Source: Monocercomonoides exilis PA203
Taxonomy: Eukaryota > Protista > Preaxostyla
Direction: 5' to 3'
NCBI GenBank assembly: GCA_001643675.2
Contig: LSRY02000065.1
Coordinates: forward strand, 1 to 64,000
Length of the DNA stretch: 64,000 nt
Numbering within the stretch: the stretch's first letter is position 1; each line of letters begins with the position of its first letter. The position numbers and the translations under genes were made by a program. This document shows positions 36,271 to 47,567 of the stretch, piece after piece. Under the pieces are notes generated by a model. The model searched no databases. It was given only the letters and a program-made list of their open reading frames with translations, and had not been told where the DNA came from.

Positions 36271-39200
36271 ATGAATCTTCATTTCCTTCTTTTAGCATAC
36301 ACACTCCTTATTATTCCATCGAAAATCCAAAACGAGCAAATAAATCCACATTTTAAAAGCAAAGATATAAGTGCTTTGCTGAACTTGGATAATTGTCAAT
36401 CTGATTCACATCAAAGCAGATCTGGAAATGCACTTAATCCTACAAGAATTGAAAAACAATGGATAATCAATCAGAATGCCATTTCTGAAGTGAAAGAGTA
36501 TCAGCAAACTTCATCAATTGTCTTATATCCATTATTTGCAGTATACAACTCCACGCTCAAATTCAAAAGAATCACAACTGAATTACTTTCTTCGCCATTT
36601 GTGCTCGCAGCAAGAAACTCAACCGTGGAACTTGATTCTTGCATTTCACAACAAAAATCTGTTTCGCCGTTTCATCTTGAAAGCAGGTCAATCTGCTTCA
36701 CAAACATGACTTTGATCCAACAAAAGAATATGAACCCCTCCAGTCTCATATTTTCATCTGATGATTCCAATTCAGCCATTTTAAGCAATTCCATCATCAC
36801 AGATCTTTCTATTTCATCTTCTGAAAATTTTCTTTTGTCAGGAAAGTGCAAAAGTGAGCAGATTCATGATTGTGCCTTCAGGAACATGTCTGTGAAATAT
36901 GACAAGAAAAGTGATTATCAGATGGACCATTCATGCTTGTTGAGTTCAATGGAGAACTGTTTTATTTATTCGTGTGTGAATGTATTTGAAGGAGGAATTT
37001 CAAGTGGATCTTTTTCTTCACAAGAATTTGTCTGTAGAAACACAACTACATGCAATGGGAAAAGAGAAATGAATGCACTTGAGAAAAAAGAACGAATGGA
37101 CACAACAGAAGGCCAATCGTTTTTATTGTGCGAATGGGTTGACTGCACAGCACCCCAAGGAGGAGCTCTTTATGTTCATGAAAATGAAAATACCATTTTG
37201 ACAGTTGAGAATTCTTCTTTCACAAGGTGCAAAGCTTCTTCAACAAGAGGCGGAGGGATATTTGCTTTGAAAATCTCCGAATGCATTGTGCTACACACAA
37301 CATTCGTCCAGTGTTCTGCAGCTGCAACCCCGGATTATGGTGGTGGCGCAATAACGATAGAAAATATAAATATTCAGCCAATTGTTGATGATTGCTCTTT
37401 TCACAGCTGTTTCTCCGGAAACGACGGAGGTGCAATTGAACTCAGTTTGTCGAAAACAGAAAAACAGAAAAAATGTATTATTAATTCGCATTTTGATTGC
37501 TGTCGATGCAATAGTTCTTCAAATGGTGCAGGAGGTGCAATTATACATTGGAATCCTGCGGAAATAGTTGTTATTTCAAACTGCCAATTCTGCAATTGCA
37601 TTTCAATGTGTGGAGGAGGTGCTGTTTGCCAATATATAAATGCAAACAATTATGGAATATTACTTTATTACTGCTTTTTCCACAATAATACATGCAAAAA
37701 AGGTGGGCATGACATTGTTCTTCAGGGGTCAACAGAAAACAATATTCATTCAAGCTGTTGCACAACAAGACAAACAGAAAACAGAGTGAGCACAAATTAC
37801 TATTCTGCTGTTGATAAAAGCGAATGGCTTCGAAACGATTTTGGAAGAACCAGATTTGTCTCATCAACTGATTCACAACCAAAAGGCATCGACACATATG
37901 CATGTGGGCTGGATAAATCTTATCCATGCAGCACGATCAGCCGTTGCCTCACACAACTCATTCCAGACTTGGTTCCCAATGTCGAGGTATCTTCGGGAAC
38001 GATTATCGAAACAAATGGTTTTGATTGCGGGATCAACACTTTCACTGTATATGGTCAAAGCAATATGAGTACAGAAATCCATACAGAATTTGAAGCATCT
38101 GGGCTGTCTCTATTTTCGGTTTCAACAGGCACATTGACTGCCAGAGACTTTGTTCTTGTGCATGACTCGGCTCATCCGAATAATCGTGGGTCAAGTCTGT
38201 TTGAGATAAGTGGAGCAGGAGGAATGAGGATCAGCAGACTGAACATATCTTTTGGGAGCAGACAATCAACAGAAACAGCATTTTCGACAGAACTGATCAA
38301 TGTTCAGAATGGGATGTTTCATATGGAACATGTGAACTGGGCAAAGACAATCTCCACAACTTCATTGTTTTCGCTTTCTTCAGCAAATGAAATTACATTG
38401 ACACTTTCCGAGTGTGCCTATGATGGGATTGAGAGAACAACGAGCGGAGCAGCAGTGATATCGTTTTCCAATGACAAGGCAAATGTTGATCTTAATTGTT
38501 GCATTTTTGAAGGATATGGAAGCAGAACATCGGCTGATGGGGGATCGATGATGCTGTGTGTTGGGAATGGAAATGAAGTGAAAGTGAAAGACGGATCTTT
38601 TGATGGGTGCTATTGCTCTGCAACATATGGATTTGGAGGAGGAATCCTTCTTCGATTGTTGAATGAAAATTCAGATTTCCTAATTTCTTCTTCCTTTGGC
38701 ACAAACACAGCCAAATGGGGAAATGATATCTTTGTCATTTCACCCAATCTGGAAGTGACCGCGAAGTCACAAAACATCACATGTGTGACAGATTCATTGG
38801 ATTCTCTTGAGAAGGTGAGAGGATATGACAATGGAAACAACAGTGTGGCTATCCCTCTGTGCATCTATCTCCTTCCCATTCCAGAAGAAATACATGTGAG
38901 CAATTCTGAGGCATCCAATCACTCACACTGTGGAATTGTCCAATTCCCTTGCTTGACAATGAAGCACTCCCTCACTCGTCAAACAGAAACAAAGAAAGTT
39001 GTTGTGAATGGAATGATTATGATGGGCGATGAATTGGCCTTTGCTGGACAGAAACATGAAATCCGAGGAAACAATGATCAAAGTGGTTGGACTGTCTCTA
39101 ATTCAAGTGAAACATCTAATTCATCGATGATAACAGCAAATGTTGAAACAGAATTGTCAAAACTCATCTTCTCTATTCCTCCTTCTCTTTCATCACACTC

Positions 39201-42200
39201 CACTTTCATATCATCTTCTTCATCATCAATGGCCATATCACGTTGTTCTTTAACTCTTCAAAATCCATCATCAGAATTGACATTTCTGTTTTTATCCGTT
39301 GAGTCTGGAACCTTGTATATTGATTCGTTTTCAGCTTCGTCAATTGATTTGAGTGCAAATCCATTGATCTCTTTGTCTGGAAGTGGAACAAATACAGAGT
39401 TGATAAACAATCAGTGGTTGAACATGACGAACTGCACTTTCACAGAAATAGAAAGAGCAACTGGAAATGGAGGTTGCATTTGCATTGACATCAGCAATGA
39501 TAACGGTGAAGGTGAGAGAGTTGATGTTACCGAATGTGTTTTTGATGGATGCTCTGTTTTGGCTGATGAAAGCAGAGGAGGGGCAATGTTTTCTCAGTTG
39601 AAAGGAAATATCAAATTAAATGTAATTTCTTGCGCATTCACAGGATGCACTGCACCAACTGGAGAGGAGAAATCTGGCTTTGGAGGAGGAATGGCACTGA
39701 AGTTGATTGATGATTATTCTTCGTTTGTAATCTCATCTCCAATTTTTGATTCTGATAAGCCGAATGTTGCAAGATATGGAAATGACCTGTTTGTTGAATC
39801 GCCAAACTTGACAAAGAGCATCACAAATGCCTCCCTTCCATTTATGACTGGGCATATGGAAGATATTTCGTTGGATTCAATGAGGGGCTTTGATGGGAGT
39901 GACACAACGAATGCCATTCCACTGGTCAATTTCTGGCGAGTGATTGGGTCAGAGATATTTATTGGGGGTGAAGGTTGCGATGTGTGTGTGTGTGGATTCT
40001 CAGATTATCCTTGTCTGTCGATGGATCATTCGTTGACAAGACTGCCAGAAGGAAACGAAAGGAATGTCAGCATCAAAGGAAAAGGGTATCTTCAGAAGAG
40101 TGTTGATGTGAGTGGAATATCAGTGAAATCGGATGAGAGCAGCATGTGCTCATTGGAATGTGTCTCATCGCTTGAAGGAGCAGAAGGAGCAGCAATGAAG
40201 ATTTGTGGCATCACAAATTTCGAGCTGATGAAGTTTGTGGTTCCATCATCCTTCGCAAGTGGATTCAATTATTTGATGCGTGTTGGATCAAGCGAGGGAT
40301 TGTTGACTGTGAAGGATTGTTCATTCACTAAAATGGAAGAAAGCGGAGAAAAAATAATCAGCTTTGGGTTGATCAAAGCAGATGAAGGTACAGTTGTGCT
40401 GGAATTGGTGACGATGCAATTATTGAACTTTTCGCAGGATGTTATTTTTGTGTTGCCAACAACGATTTTGAACATTAAAAACCTGACGATGAAGAATATT
40501 GAGCTGGACGGGGTAAGTGGATTGAGCACATCAAAGGGATCAGCTGGAAAGAAGAGAGGAAGCAATGAAGCAGAGAAAAACATTATTATTGAGTGGAGTT
40601 TGCTTGAAGAAGTGAGCCAAGACACAACAGATGATATTCCGATCATCAGAAATGACAATGATGATGAGCCATTGAAAATTGTGATTCGAAACACAACTAT
40701 GAAGAAGTGTGGAGGATCGAAATGTGGAAAGGGAGGAGGGATGTTTTGTGTGTTGAATGAGGAAGGAAGATTTGATTGCTCATTTTGCACGATTTCCGAG
40801 TGCTTCTGCTCGAGCACAGGAAGAGGTGGCTGGCTGTTTCTGGAATGCATCTCGACAGTTGAGCATCCTCTGAATTTTGTTCTCTCAAATATCACCTTCA
40901 AAGATAACTCTGCATTGAGAGGGAGAGATGTGTATGTGAGATGCCACTCAATTGAAACACAAATAGTTGAAGAGCAATTCTTGCTGGACTTCAGAGCACC
41001 TTTTGTGAAGGAGCTTGCAATGTGGGGCTGCACAACAGATTCATTTGTGGGAGAAGAAGATCTTCTGCTGAGGGTTGTGAAATACCAGAGCGAGACGATA
41101 TTTGTGTCTTATGCTGATGAAAACGCAACAGATAGCAAGCAATGTGGAGAGTTGAGTGCGCCTTGTCAATCATTGGATATTGGAGTTCAACACATCATTC
41201 CTTCATCTTATTCGCAGCTGCTGATCTCGAAGGAAACGATCATCAATGGAAGATGCGAAGCGAAGGATGTGATCATCCGCTCACTTCAATCTCCCTCGGC
41301 TACTTTGGTTCATCTGAACTCAACAATAACCAACGAGGGAAGTCTTATCACAACTTCAGAGAAAGTTCGGATCGAAAGTGTTAAGTTTTCCTTTGGCAAG
41401 TCGTTTTCATATTCTGGAAGTTCTATTATCCATGAAGCAAATGGACAGCTTTCTCTTTCAATTGTTGATTTCTCTTCAGTTGTGGAGTCAAACAGCATTC
41501 CATCTGTTGCTCTCAACTCAACTTTGCTGAGCATTGCAAATGGAATTCTGCATGTTGACAACTGCTCAGTGTCACTCCTTTCGTTCAAGAAGTCAGCTTT
41601 TCTGCTAAATGGAGATGAGATTAACATCACAAATTTCAGACTGGAACAGATTAAGTCAACATCAAATGTATTTGAGATTGGGCAGTGCAAAGAAGTTGCA
41701 TTTAATTGGGTTGTGGCTGATGAAGTGAAGCTGTCTGAAGGATGCATCATTGCGATTCATGGTTCGAATTCAGGAGCTATTTCGATTGGAATATCCTCAT
41801 TCAAAAACTGTTCAAGGAATTCAGAAGGAACTTCCGTTCTTTCAGCATCTTCAACTTTTGCTCATTTTGTTCTTTCAAATTGCTCGTGTTCAAACTGTTA
41901 TTCCATTTCTGACAAAGGAAGCATTATGGAGATGAACAATGGAAGGAATATTTTGATGGATTTATGCCGATTTATTGGAGTTCTTGCGAAAGAAAGGGAA
42001 AGTGAGAATATGAATATAATAACAGATATCTGTCAATGGAATGGATCGCTTGTTCATTCAACGAATTCTTCATTGGTGATGAATTATGCAACAATGTTAA
42101 ATGCTTCATCAGGTGGATTATCCACATCTGCTGGTAATTTGACAATTGAGAAAGGAGAGTTTGAGAACAACAATCCATTCATTGAAAAATATCCATCAGT

Positions 42201-44028
42201 GAGAAGAAACATTCTCTGCACAGATTCTGCCTCACTGACAATTTCGAGCTTAAAAGGAGGAGATGGGTTGAAAGATAATTCTTCTCTTTGGATTTTGAAT
42301 GATGGATGCAATTTTGATGGAATTGTTTCCGAGAGGGCATCTTCATTCTTCATTCCAGTTCTGGAAAATGTTTCTGTGAATGAGAATGGCAGCAACATTT
42401 TTATCAAATTCAAGGGATCCCTTTTTGTGCCCTGTGAATTGTCATTCAGACTTGTGTATAAAACAGGAGATGTGGAGTTGGTTGAAACATATCAGTTTGA
42501 TGAAAACAGTTTTGTGTCTGAAGATGAAGTGATTGGAACAATCCCTTCAGAAAATATTTCTTCTATTGCAAATGAAACAGTGGTTTCTGTGATGATTCTG
42601 TATGGGAAGCAATTGGCTGCGACTTCTCCACAGATTCTGAAGAACAGAAGTGAATCCAAGGTGAATGGAGATGAAAGGATTTCTGAGGGAGGAAAAGAAA
42701 GAAAATCTTATTGGTTGCTCATTGTTATCATCCTTGTTGTGGTTTTGTTGATTGTTCTGATTGTTTCAATTATTGTTACAATAAGATGGAGAAAAGCTAA
42801 AAATGAGAACGAAGATCTGAGAGAGATTGTGAATGACAATATCAAAAAGGATCCAAAGCTGATTGAGATGATGACGATGGAGATGTCACCAGAGGAGCAG
42901 TGGAGGAGAGCCGAGAGGGAAGCCGAAAAGAAGAATGAAGAGAGGATAAAGAAGAGGGTGTATGCGAAAAGTTTGGGACATTCAGAATCGTCAGAGCATC
43001 TTCTATCTGAGAGTGGATCAACAGAATATATTCTGGGAAGAGACTCAGACAAGATCCCTCAATGGATGCTGGAGAAGGTTGAAGAAGAAGAGATTCAAAA
43101 GAGATCACCATCACCTTCCATTTCATCCACTTCAACAACTGATTCAGATTCCACATTTGTTCGAGGGGAAGATCTGTGCCCAACCACCTCATCGATGTCG
43201 AATCTGGTGGATGCAATGGCCTGTTCCTCACCACACGAAAAATTGATTGTGGATTTGAGGGATTCTCTTTTCATGCTGCTTCATGGGCTGAATAAGACAA
43301 AGGAGATGGCGATTGGCACATTGAAAGAAAGAGAACAAACAGCTGCTCAGATCCTGTTTTGGGTGGCTAATCTCGCTCTCCATTCGTTTGATGAAATGGA
43401 AAATTCACTCCAATCATTGGCCAATCTGAGTCCTCACGTTGTGTTGTTCTCAGAACACATGGTGATCTGCATTGTGATGCATTCTGACTTATTGTCAGAT
43501 GATGATTCAGATTCATCCTCCATCTCATCATCAACAGTTGTAACATCTGCCAGTGACGATGATGATAGTGACTCCCTTCCCTCATCTGCATTTGAAGAGG
43601 ACGAGGATGCCTTCAGAAAGGAGTGCCTGAGGTGGAAGGCGCCAGAGCTGCAGATGAACAAGAAGATGGGGGCGACAAAGGAGTCGGTGGTATTCTCGAT
43701 TGGGATGATGGTGTGGGAGTGTGTGACGCTGGAGATCCCGTTTGGGGAGTATGAGGGCGTGGTGGCAGGGCAGAAGATAGTGAATGGGGAGCGGCCGAAG
43801 GTGGAGAAGATGGGAGGGAGCAGTCTTCGGGAGTTGGAGGAGAAGTGTGTGGTGCAGGGGTGGGATGAGCGGGTGACATTGGGGGATGTGAAGCGGGAGC
43901 TGTTCATGAAGATCCCGATGGGGTCGATGTTTGTGACGGCATCAGACGCGTTGGATATTGGAGATGGATCGAGATGTGAAGGGGCAGACAGCGAAGACAC
44001 AGATGGGAGCTTCACTCGGATTGAATGA
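36271..44028 (+). CDS. 2585-aa single-exon type I membrane protein: signal peptide, Cys-rich beta-helix-like (GGA/GGG-motif) ectodomain, TM helix, degenerate kinase-like C-terminus
   Basis: Hydrophobic N-terminus. Repeated F..C.....GGA(I/L/M), A..GND.F and CG....PC motifs. TM YWLLIVIILVVVLLIVLIVSIIVTI followed by RWRK. The tail LRWKAPE...SVVFSIGMMVWECVTLEIPF...GERP matches kinase subdomains VIII-XI. Confidence 0.9.
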   Translation: MNLHFLLLAYTLLIIPSKIQNEQINPHFKSKDISALLNLDNCQSDSHQSRSGNALNPTRIEKQWIINQNAISEVKEYQQTSSIVLYPLFAVYNSTLKFKRITTELLSSPFVLAARNSTVELDSCISQQKSVSPFHLESRSICFTNMTLIQQKNMNPSSLIFSSDDSNSAILSNSIITDLSISSSENFLLSGKCKSEQIHDCAFRNMSVKYDKKSDYQMDHSCLLSSMENCFIYSCVNVFEGGISSGSFSSQEFVCRNTTTCNGKREMNALEKKERMDTTEGQSFLLCEWVDCTAPQGGALYVHENENTILTVENSSFTRCKASSTRGGGIFALKISECIVLHTTFVQCSAAATPDYGGGAITIENINIQPIVDDCSFHSCFSGNDGGAIELSLSKTEKQKKCIINSHFDCCRCNSSSNGAGGAIIHWNPAEIVVISNCQFCNCISMCGGGAVCQYINANNYGILLYYCFFHNNTCKKGGHDIVLQGSTENNIHSSCCTTRQTENRVSTNYYSAVDKSEWLRNDFGRTRFVSSTDSQPKGIDTYACGLDKSYPCSTISRCLTQLIPDLVPNVEVSSGTIIETNGFDCGINTFTVYGQSNMSTEIHTEFEASGLSLFSVSTGTLTARDFVLVHDSAHPNNRGSSLFEISGAGGMRISRLNISFGSRQSTETAFSTELINVQNGMFHMEHVNWAKTISTTSLFSLSSANEITLTLSECAYDGIERTTSGAAVISFSNDKANVDLNCCIFEGYGSRTSADGGSMMLCVGNGNEVKVKDGSFDGCYCSATYGFGGGILLRLLNENSDFLISSSFGTNTAKWGNDIFVISPNLEVTAKSQNITCVTDSLDSLEKVRGYDNGNNSVAIPLCIYLLPIPEEIHVSNSEASNHSHCGIVQFPCLTMKHSLTRQTETKKVVVNGMIMMGDELAFAGQKHEIRGNNDQSGWTVSNSSETSNSSMITANVETELSKLIFSIPPSLSSHSTFISSSSSSMAISRCSLTLQNPSSELTFLFLSVESGTLYIDSFSASSIDLSANPLISLSGSGTNTELINNQWLNMTNCTFTEIERATGNGGCICIDISNDNGEGERVDVTECVFDGCSVLADESRGGAMFSQLKGNIKLNVISCAFTGCTAPTGEEKSGFGGGMALKLIDDYSSFVISSPIFDSDKPNVARYGNDLFVESPNLTKSITNASLPFMTGHMEDISLDSMRGFDGSDTTNAIPLVNFWRVIGSEIFIGGEGCDVCVCGFSDYPCLSMDHSLTRLPEGNERNVSIKGKGYLQKSVDVSGISVKSDESSMCSLECVSSLEGAEGAAMKICGITNFELMKFVVPSSFASGFNYLMRVGSSEGLLTVKDCSFTKMEESGEKIISFGLIKADEGTVVLELVTMQLLNFSQDVIFVLPTTILNIKNLTMKNIELDGVSGLSTSKGSAGKKRGSNEAEKNIIIEWSLLEEVSQDTTDDIPIIRNDNDDEPLKIVIRNTTMKKCGGSKCGKGGGMFCVLNEEGRFDCSFCTISECFCSSTGRGGWLFLECISTVEHPLNFVLSNITFKDNSALRGRDVYVRCHSIETQIVEEQFLLDFRAPFVKELAMWGCTTDSFVGEEDLLLRVVKYQSETIFVSYADENATDSKQCGELSAPCQSLDIGVQHIIPSSYSQLLISKETIINGRCEAKDVIIRSLQSPSATLVHLNSTITNEGSLITTSEKVRIESVKFSFGKSFSYSGSSIIHEANGQLSLSIVDFSSVVESNSIPSVALNSTLLSIANGILHVDNCSVSLLSFKKSAFLLNGDEINITNFRLEQIKSTSNVFEIGQCKEVAFNWVVADEVKLSEGCIIAIHGSNSGAISIGISSFKNCSRNSEGTSVLSASSTFAHFVLSNCSCSNCYSISDKGSIMEMNNGRNILMDLCRFIGVLAKERESENMNIITDICQWNGSLVHSTNSSLVMNYATMLNASSGGLSTSAGNLTIEKGEFENNNPFIEKYPSVRRNILCTDSASLTISSLKGGDGLKDNSSLWILNDGCNFDGIVSERASSFFIPVLENVSVNENGSNIFIKFKGSLFVPCELSFRLVYKTGDVELVETYQFDENSFVSEDEVIGTIPSENISSIANETVVSVMILYGKQLAATSPQILKNRSESKVNGDERISEGGKERKSYWLLIVIILVVVLLIVLIVSIIVTIRWRKAKNENEDLREIVNDNIKKDPKLIEMMTMEMSPEEQWRRAEREAEKKNEERIKKRVYAKSLGHSESSEHLLSESGSTEYILGRDSDKIPQWMLEKVEEEEIQKRSPSPSISSTSTTDSDSTFVRGEDLCPTTSSMSNLVDAMACSSPHEKLIVDLRDSLFMLLHGLNKTKEMAIGTLKEREQTAAQILFWVANLALHSFDEMENSLQSLANLSPHVVLFSEHMVICIVMHSDLLSDDDSDSSSISSSTVVTSASDDDDSDSLPSSAFEEDEDAFRKECLRWKAPELQMNKKMGATKESVVFSIGMMVWECVTLEIPFGEYEGVVAGQKIVNGERPKVEKMGGSSLRELEEKCVVQGWDERVTLGDVKRELFMKIPMGSMFVTASDALDIGDGSRCEGADSEDTDGSFTRIE

Positions 44029-44976
44029 AACGATGATTTTATTTATTTTTTATTTTTTGAGAAATGCATTTGAGAAGCCTGGGGAATTGAAAAGTGGAGA
44101 TGGGAGAATGTTAGATGAGAAAAATTGAGTGCTTGCTTGAAAGTTATTCCTTCCTTTGTTTATGACTCGTTAGGAAGAAAACTGCATTGCCAATCGGATT
44201 CATGCTTTCGGGAGTGGATTGTCATTCACTGCATTCTTCGTCCTGAGCCATGATGAGGCTTTCTCTTTCTTCCTTTGGACAACTGGAGTTTTCCCAATCT
44301 GCACACAACTGGTGATTTCTGTTTCAAATTCAGTTTTATTGGGACATTCTTTTTTCGTTCACATTTGTGATTTTGAACAGTTAATTTTTCTTTCTCATAG
44401 TTAGAATGCAGAATGGGGGGATGGAAGTCATCTCTGTTATCTGTTAGAAATTTAGTTTGGCAAAGGAAAAGAGAACAATGCATTCATTCAAATTGGACTT
44501 TTTTGATGTCGTGAATGGTATTTTCTTTTCTTCTTTTCATAAACAATCTCAAAATGCTTTGAAATTTTGATCATTTAACAATTATTAAAAAAAGAAAATA
44601 TGAAATTTTTGCTATTCTGAATATTTTTCATTGAAGAACATAATCAAACGAACAACAAAAGAAAAATGGAGATATTTCCCTCCTCCAAATGCAAGAATTT
44701 TATTCCATTTGAAGAAAATTTTCTCATTTTATGAAATAAACAAAGAATTGTCCAAACTTATTCTGAAATTTTTTCTTGATAATTCTTGTATTCACACACA
44801 CTCACTCACTCAAAATATTTATATATATGTACTGAAAATTTTTGAAATTGAGTAAAAAAATAAAATAAAAACCAGATAAACAAAGTTCATAAAGTTAAAA
44901 AATTTTTGACCGATTTATGAAATCAGTTGGAAACAAATAATTATTTAATTATTGATCATATCACAAAAAGAATTTC

Positions 44977-45800
44977 ATGGAGAATGATGAGCCTCATCTC
45001 ACCACTCCAAGCGAGCTTGTTGGCGATGTTAAGCATTTGGATGACTTGAAAGAGGAAATAGATAAAGAATTTCTTGCATTTTCCGCAGAAATGTATCGAC
45101 GCGGAAAATTACTTATTAAATTGCACGAAGCTGTATTATTGGAAAATTTACGAAAACAGCAAATGCTAGAAAAAATAAAGAATCTGTTTGAATCATTGAC
45201 GGAATTGACAAAATTGGAGGTTCGAATGAATACGATTGAATATAATTTTGTATTTTTTTAATTCTGAAGAGTTCTCTTGAACAATTTCGTGGAGCAAAAG
45301 ATCTGAAAATTGTATGCACCTTTATTCATTTGTTTTTATCAAACTTTTTCATTGCAATATTTTCAGTTAGAAAGTGAAATAAGAGATATTCGCTCTCAAC
45401 TTGATCATCAGAAAGAAATACTAAGAAAAATGGAGCTAGATGCTGATAAAGTCAAATTTGATACAGTTTTGCGGATTATTATTATTATTTTAATGCAAAA
45501 TTGGCGATTACGTTTCTTTCAAATAGACCCGAAAATTTCAAGATGAAATCAAACCAAAGAAAGTGGAATTGACAAAAAGCCTGACTGAGCTACAGGTTTA
45601 TTTATATTTTTTTTATTTTTATATTATTATTATTATTTATTGAATACACAATTTTATATTTTTTGTGCAATTTAATATCAAACCACTTTGCTGGCAAGGA
45701 ATGTACAACATTACTTGAACAAAAGCAAAAAGAATTGATAACTGCACAATTGCGTTTTACACGTTCATTGGCGCAAATTGCACTTGGGCAAGCTCATTAA
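44977..45800 (+). CDS. Small coiled-coil protein, multi-exon
   Basis: Heptad-rich exons (MENDEPHL...TKLE / LESEIRDIRSQLDHQK... / TRKFQDEIKPKK... / ECTTLLEQKQK...AH*) separated by GT..AG introns. Confidence 0.7.
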
Positions 45801-45915
45801 GCACAAATTCAAGATGATTTTTATATCTTTTGTGATTATTTTTTCGTTTTTCTTTTTCTTTCTTAAAAAACAAAAAGAAATTGAAGGTCAGTACACCAAA
45901 AATTCGTTTATTTAA

Positions 45916-46185
45916 CTAAAAATATGTCAAAAGAGAAACAATCCAAGAAAAAAGGAAAATGTAACAGAGAAAGAAAAAGTGTGGTGTATATGAATTGCTT
46001 GCCAGACTTATGGAGCGAACAAGAAATGAATGAATTATACAAAAATAGGATTGAACAGAATATGTTGGGATCCCTCTGAATGAAGTGACAACGAATAATA
46101 TGGCCAATGGAAGAAATATTAGGCAAAAAGCCTGAAGTTCATGAAAAGAAAAAGAAAAAGAGGGAGATAAATTCAACACGTTTAA

Positions 46186-46236
<51 letters not shown>

Positions 46237-47520
46237 AAAAATATCGTTATTTGAAAAATAGAAAGAAATGAGAATTTGAAAAAAAGAAAAAAGTTAATAA
46301 AATAGTAAACCTTGACGAACGAAATGCAAACAGATTGACCAGGTGAGCGAGCAAATGCCGTGCATAGAAATATGTACAAGGCAGACAGGAGCCAAAGATG
46401 AGGTGTTTGATAAGAAAACAGACTGGAAATGACGCAAATCGTCAAGAAAAGCGAAGAAGTCAGAAGAGAACGAGTGAGAGGATACTTGATTGAAGTGAAC
46501 ATCAAACAGCGAAAAGCAAAAACAGATAAAACAACTGCGGAAAAGGAAAGGAAAAGGAACGAAGTTGCAGCTGACTCAAAGGAAGTATGTGGAAAGTGGA
46601 AAGCATTCAACAATGGTATATCTGTTTTTTTGTCAGATTCAACTGTTTGGCGGGCAATGAACAGAGGAATGCCGAATGTGAGAGAGACGGTGAAGAGAAG
46701 AAATGAGTGCGAAAAGAAAAACATCTGAATATCCTTTGTGATTGACGAAGGAACTGAAGTGGAGGAATGTTGGTGTGATTTGGAAGTGCCTTGCAACTTA
46801 GCAGATGAAATGTTGCTTTTTTGGTTGTGCTCTTCTTCTTCTTTCTCGCTGCTTGCAATGCATTGATTACAGAGTTGTTGCATTGGAACGAGACAAGCCT
46901 GATTTATAAATGAGTTTGTTAAATTAACAAATTGAGCAAAGAAGACAAAGACGTAAAAGATGGTGCAGTTTTTTTTTGAAATTTGAAATTTTCACTTTAA
47001 ACAACAGCAACAATGAAGGTGTTGACACACTGAAAAAATGAGGAATAAGAGTGGAACGACAAAAAACAGTGCAATCCCAGCCAAAGAAAGATAACTATCC
47101 GAATCAGGCGACGAAATAGCGAAAAAAATAGGATCATTTTTGAAGAATCTTGTGTCCATCAAATCCATCGAACGGAGGAGATTCATCATTGTACTGTTTA
47201 CCAGTTCATTTTGTCACAGCAATATTTTTTTTGTTCATTCGAAATACAAATCATTCAATTATTGTGCATAAGCAATAAAAATATTAGAGAGAATGAAAAA
47301 TTTTAATTAATTCAAATAAAATGCAAACCATCCGCATGATTGAATGTGATACAAACGCTCATCTCGTTCAAATCTATTGATGCTTCTTTTTAAATTTTCT
47401 GGTTCAGATTCATCTCTCTTTCCTAGAAACCATACATGATTTGCACCAATTCTAAATGTCAATATAAAGCAAAGCAATTCATTTATTGTTAAAGCATTAA
47501 TCACGCAGTAACAACAACAA

Positions 47521-47567
<47 letters not shown>

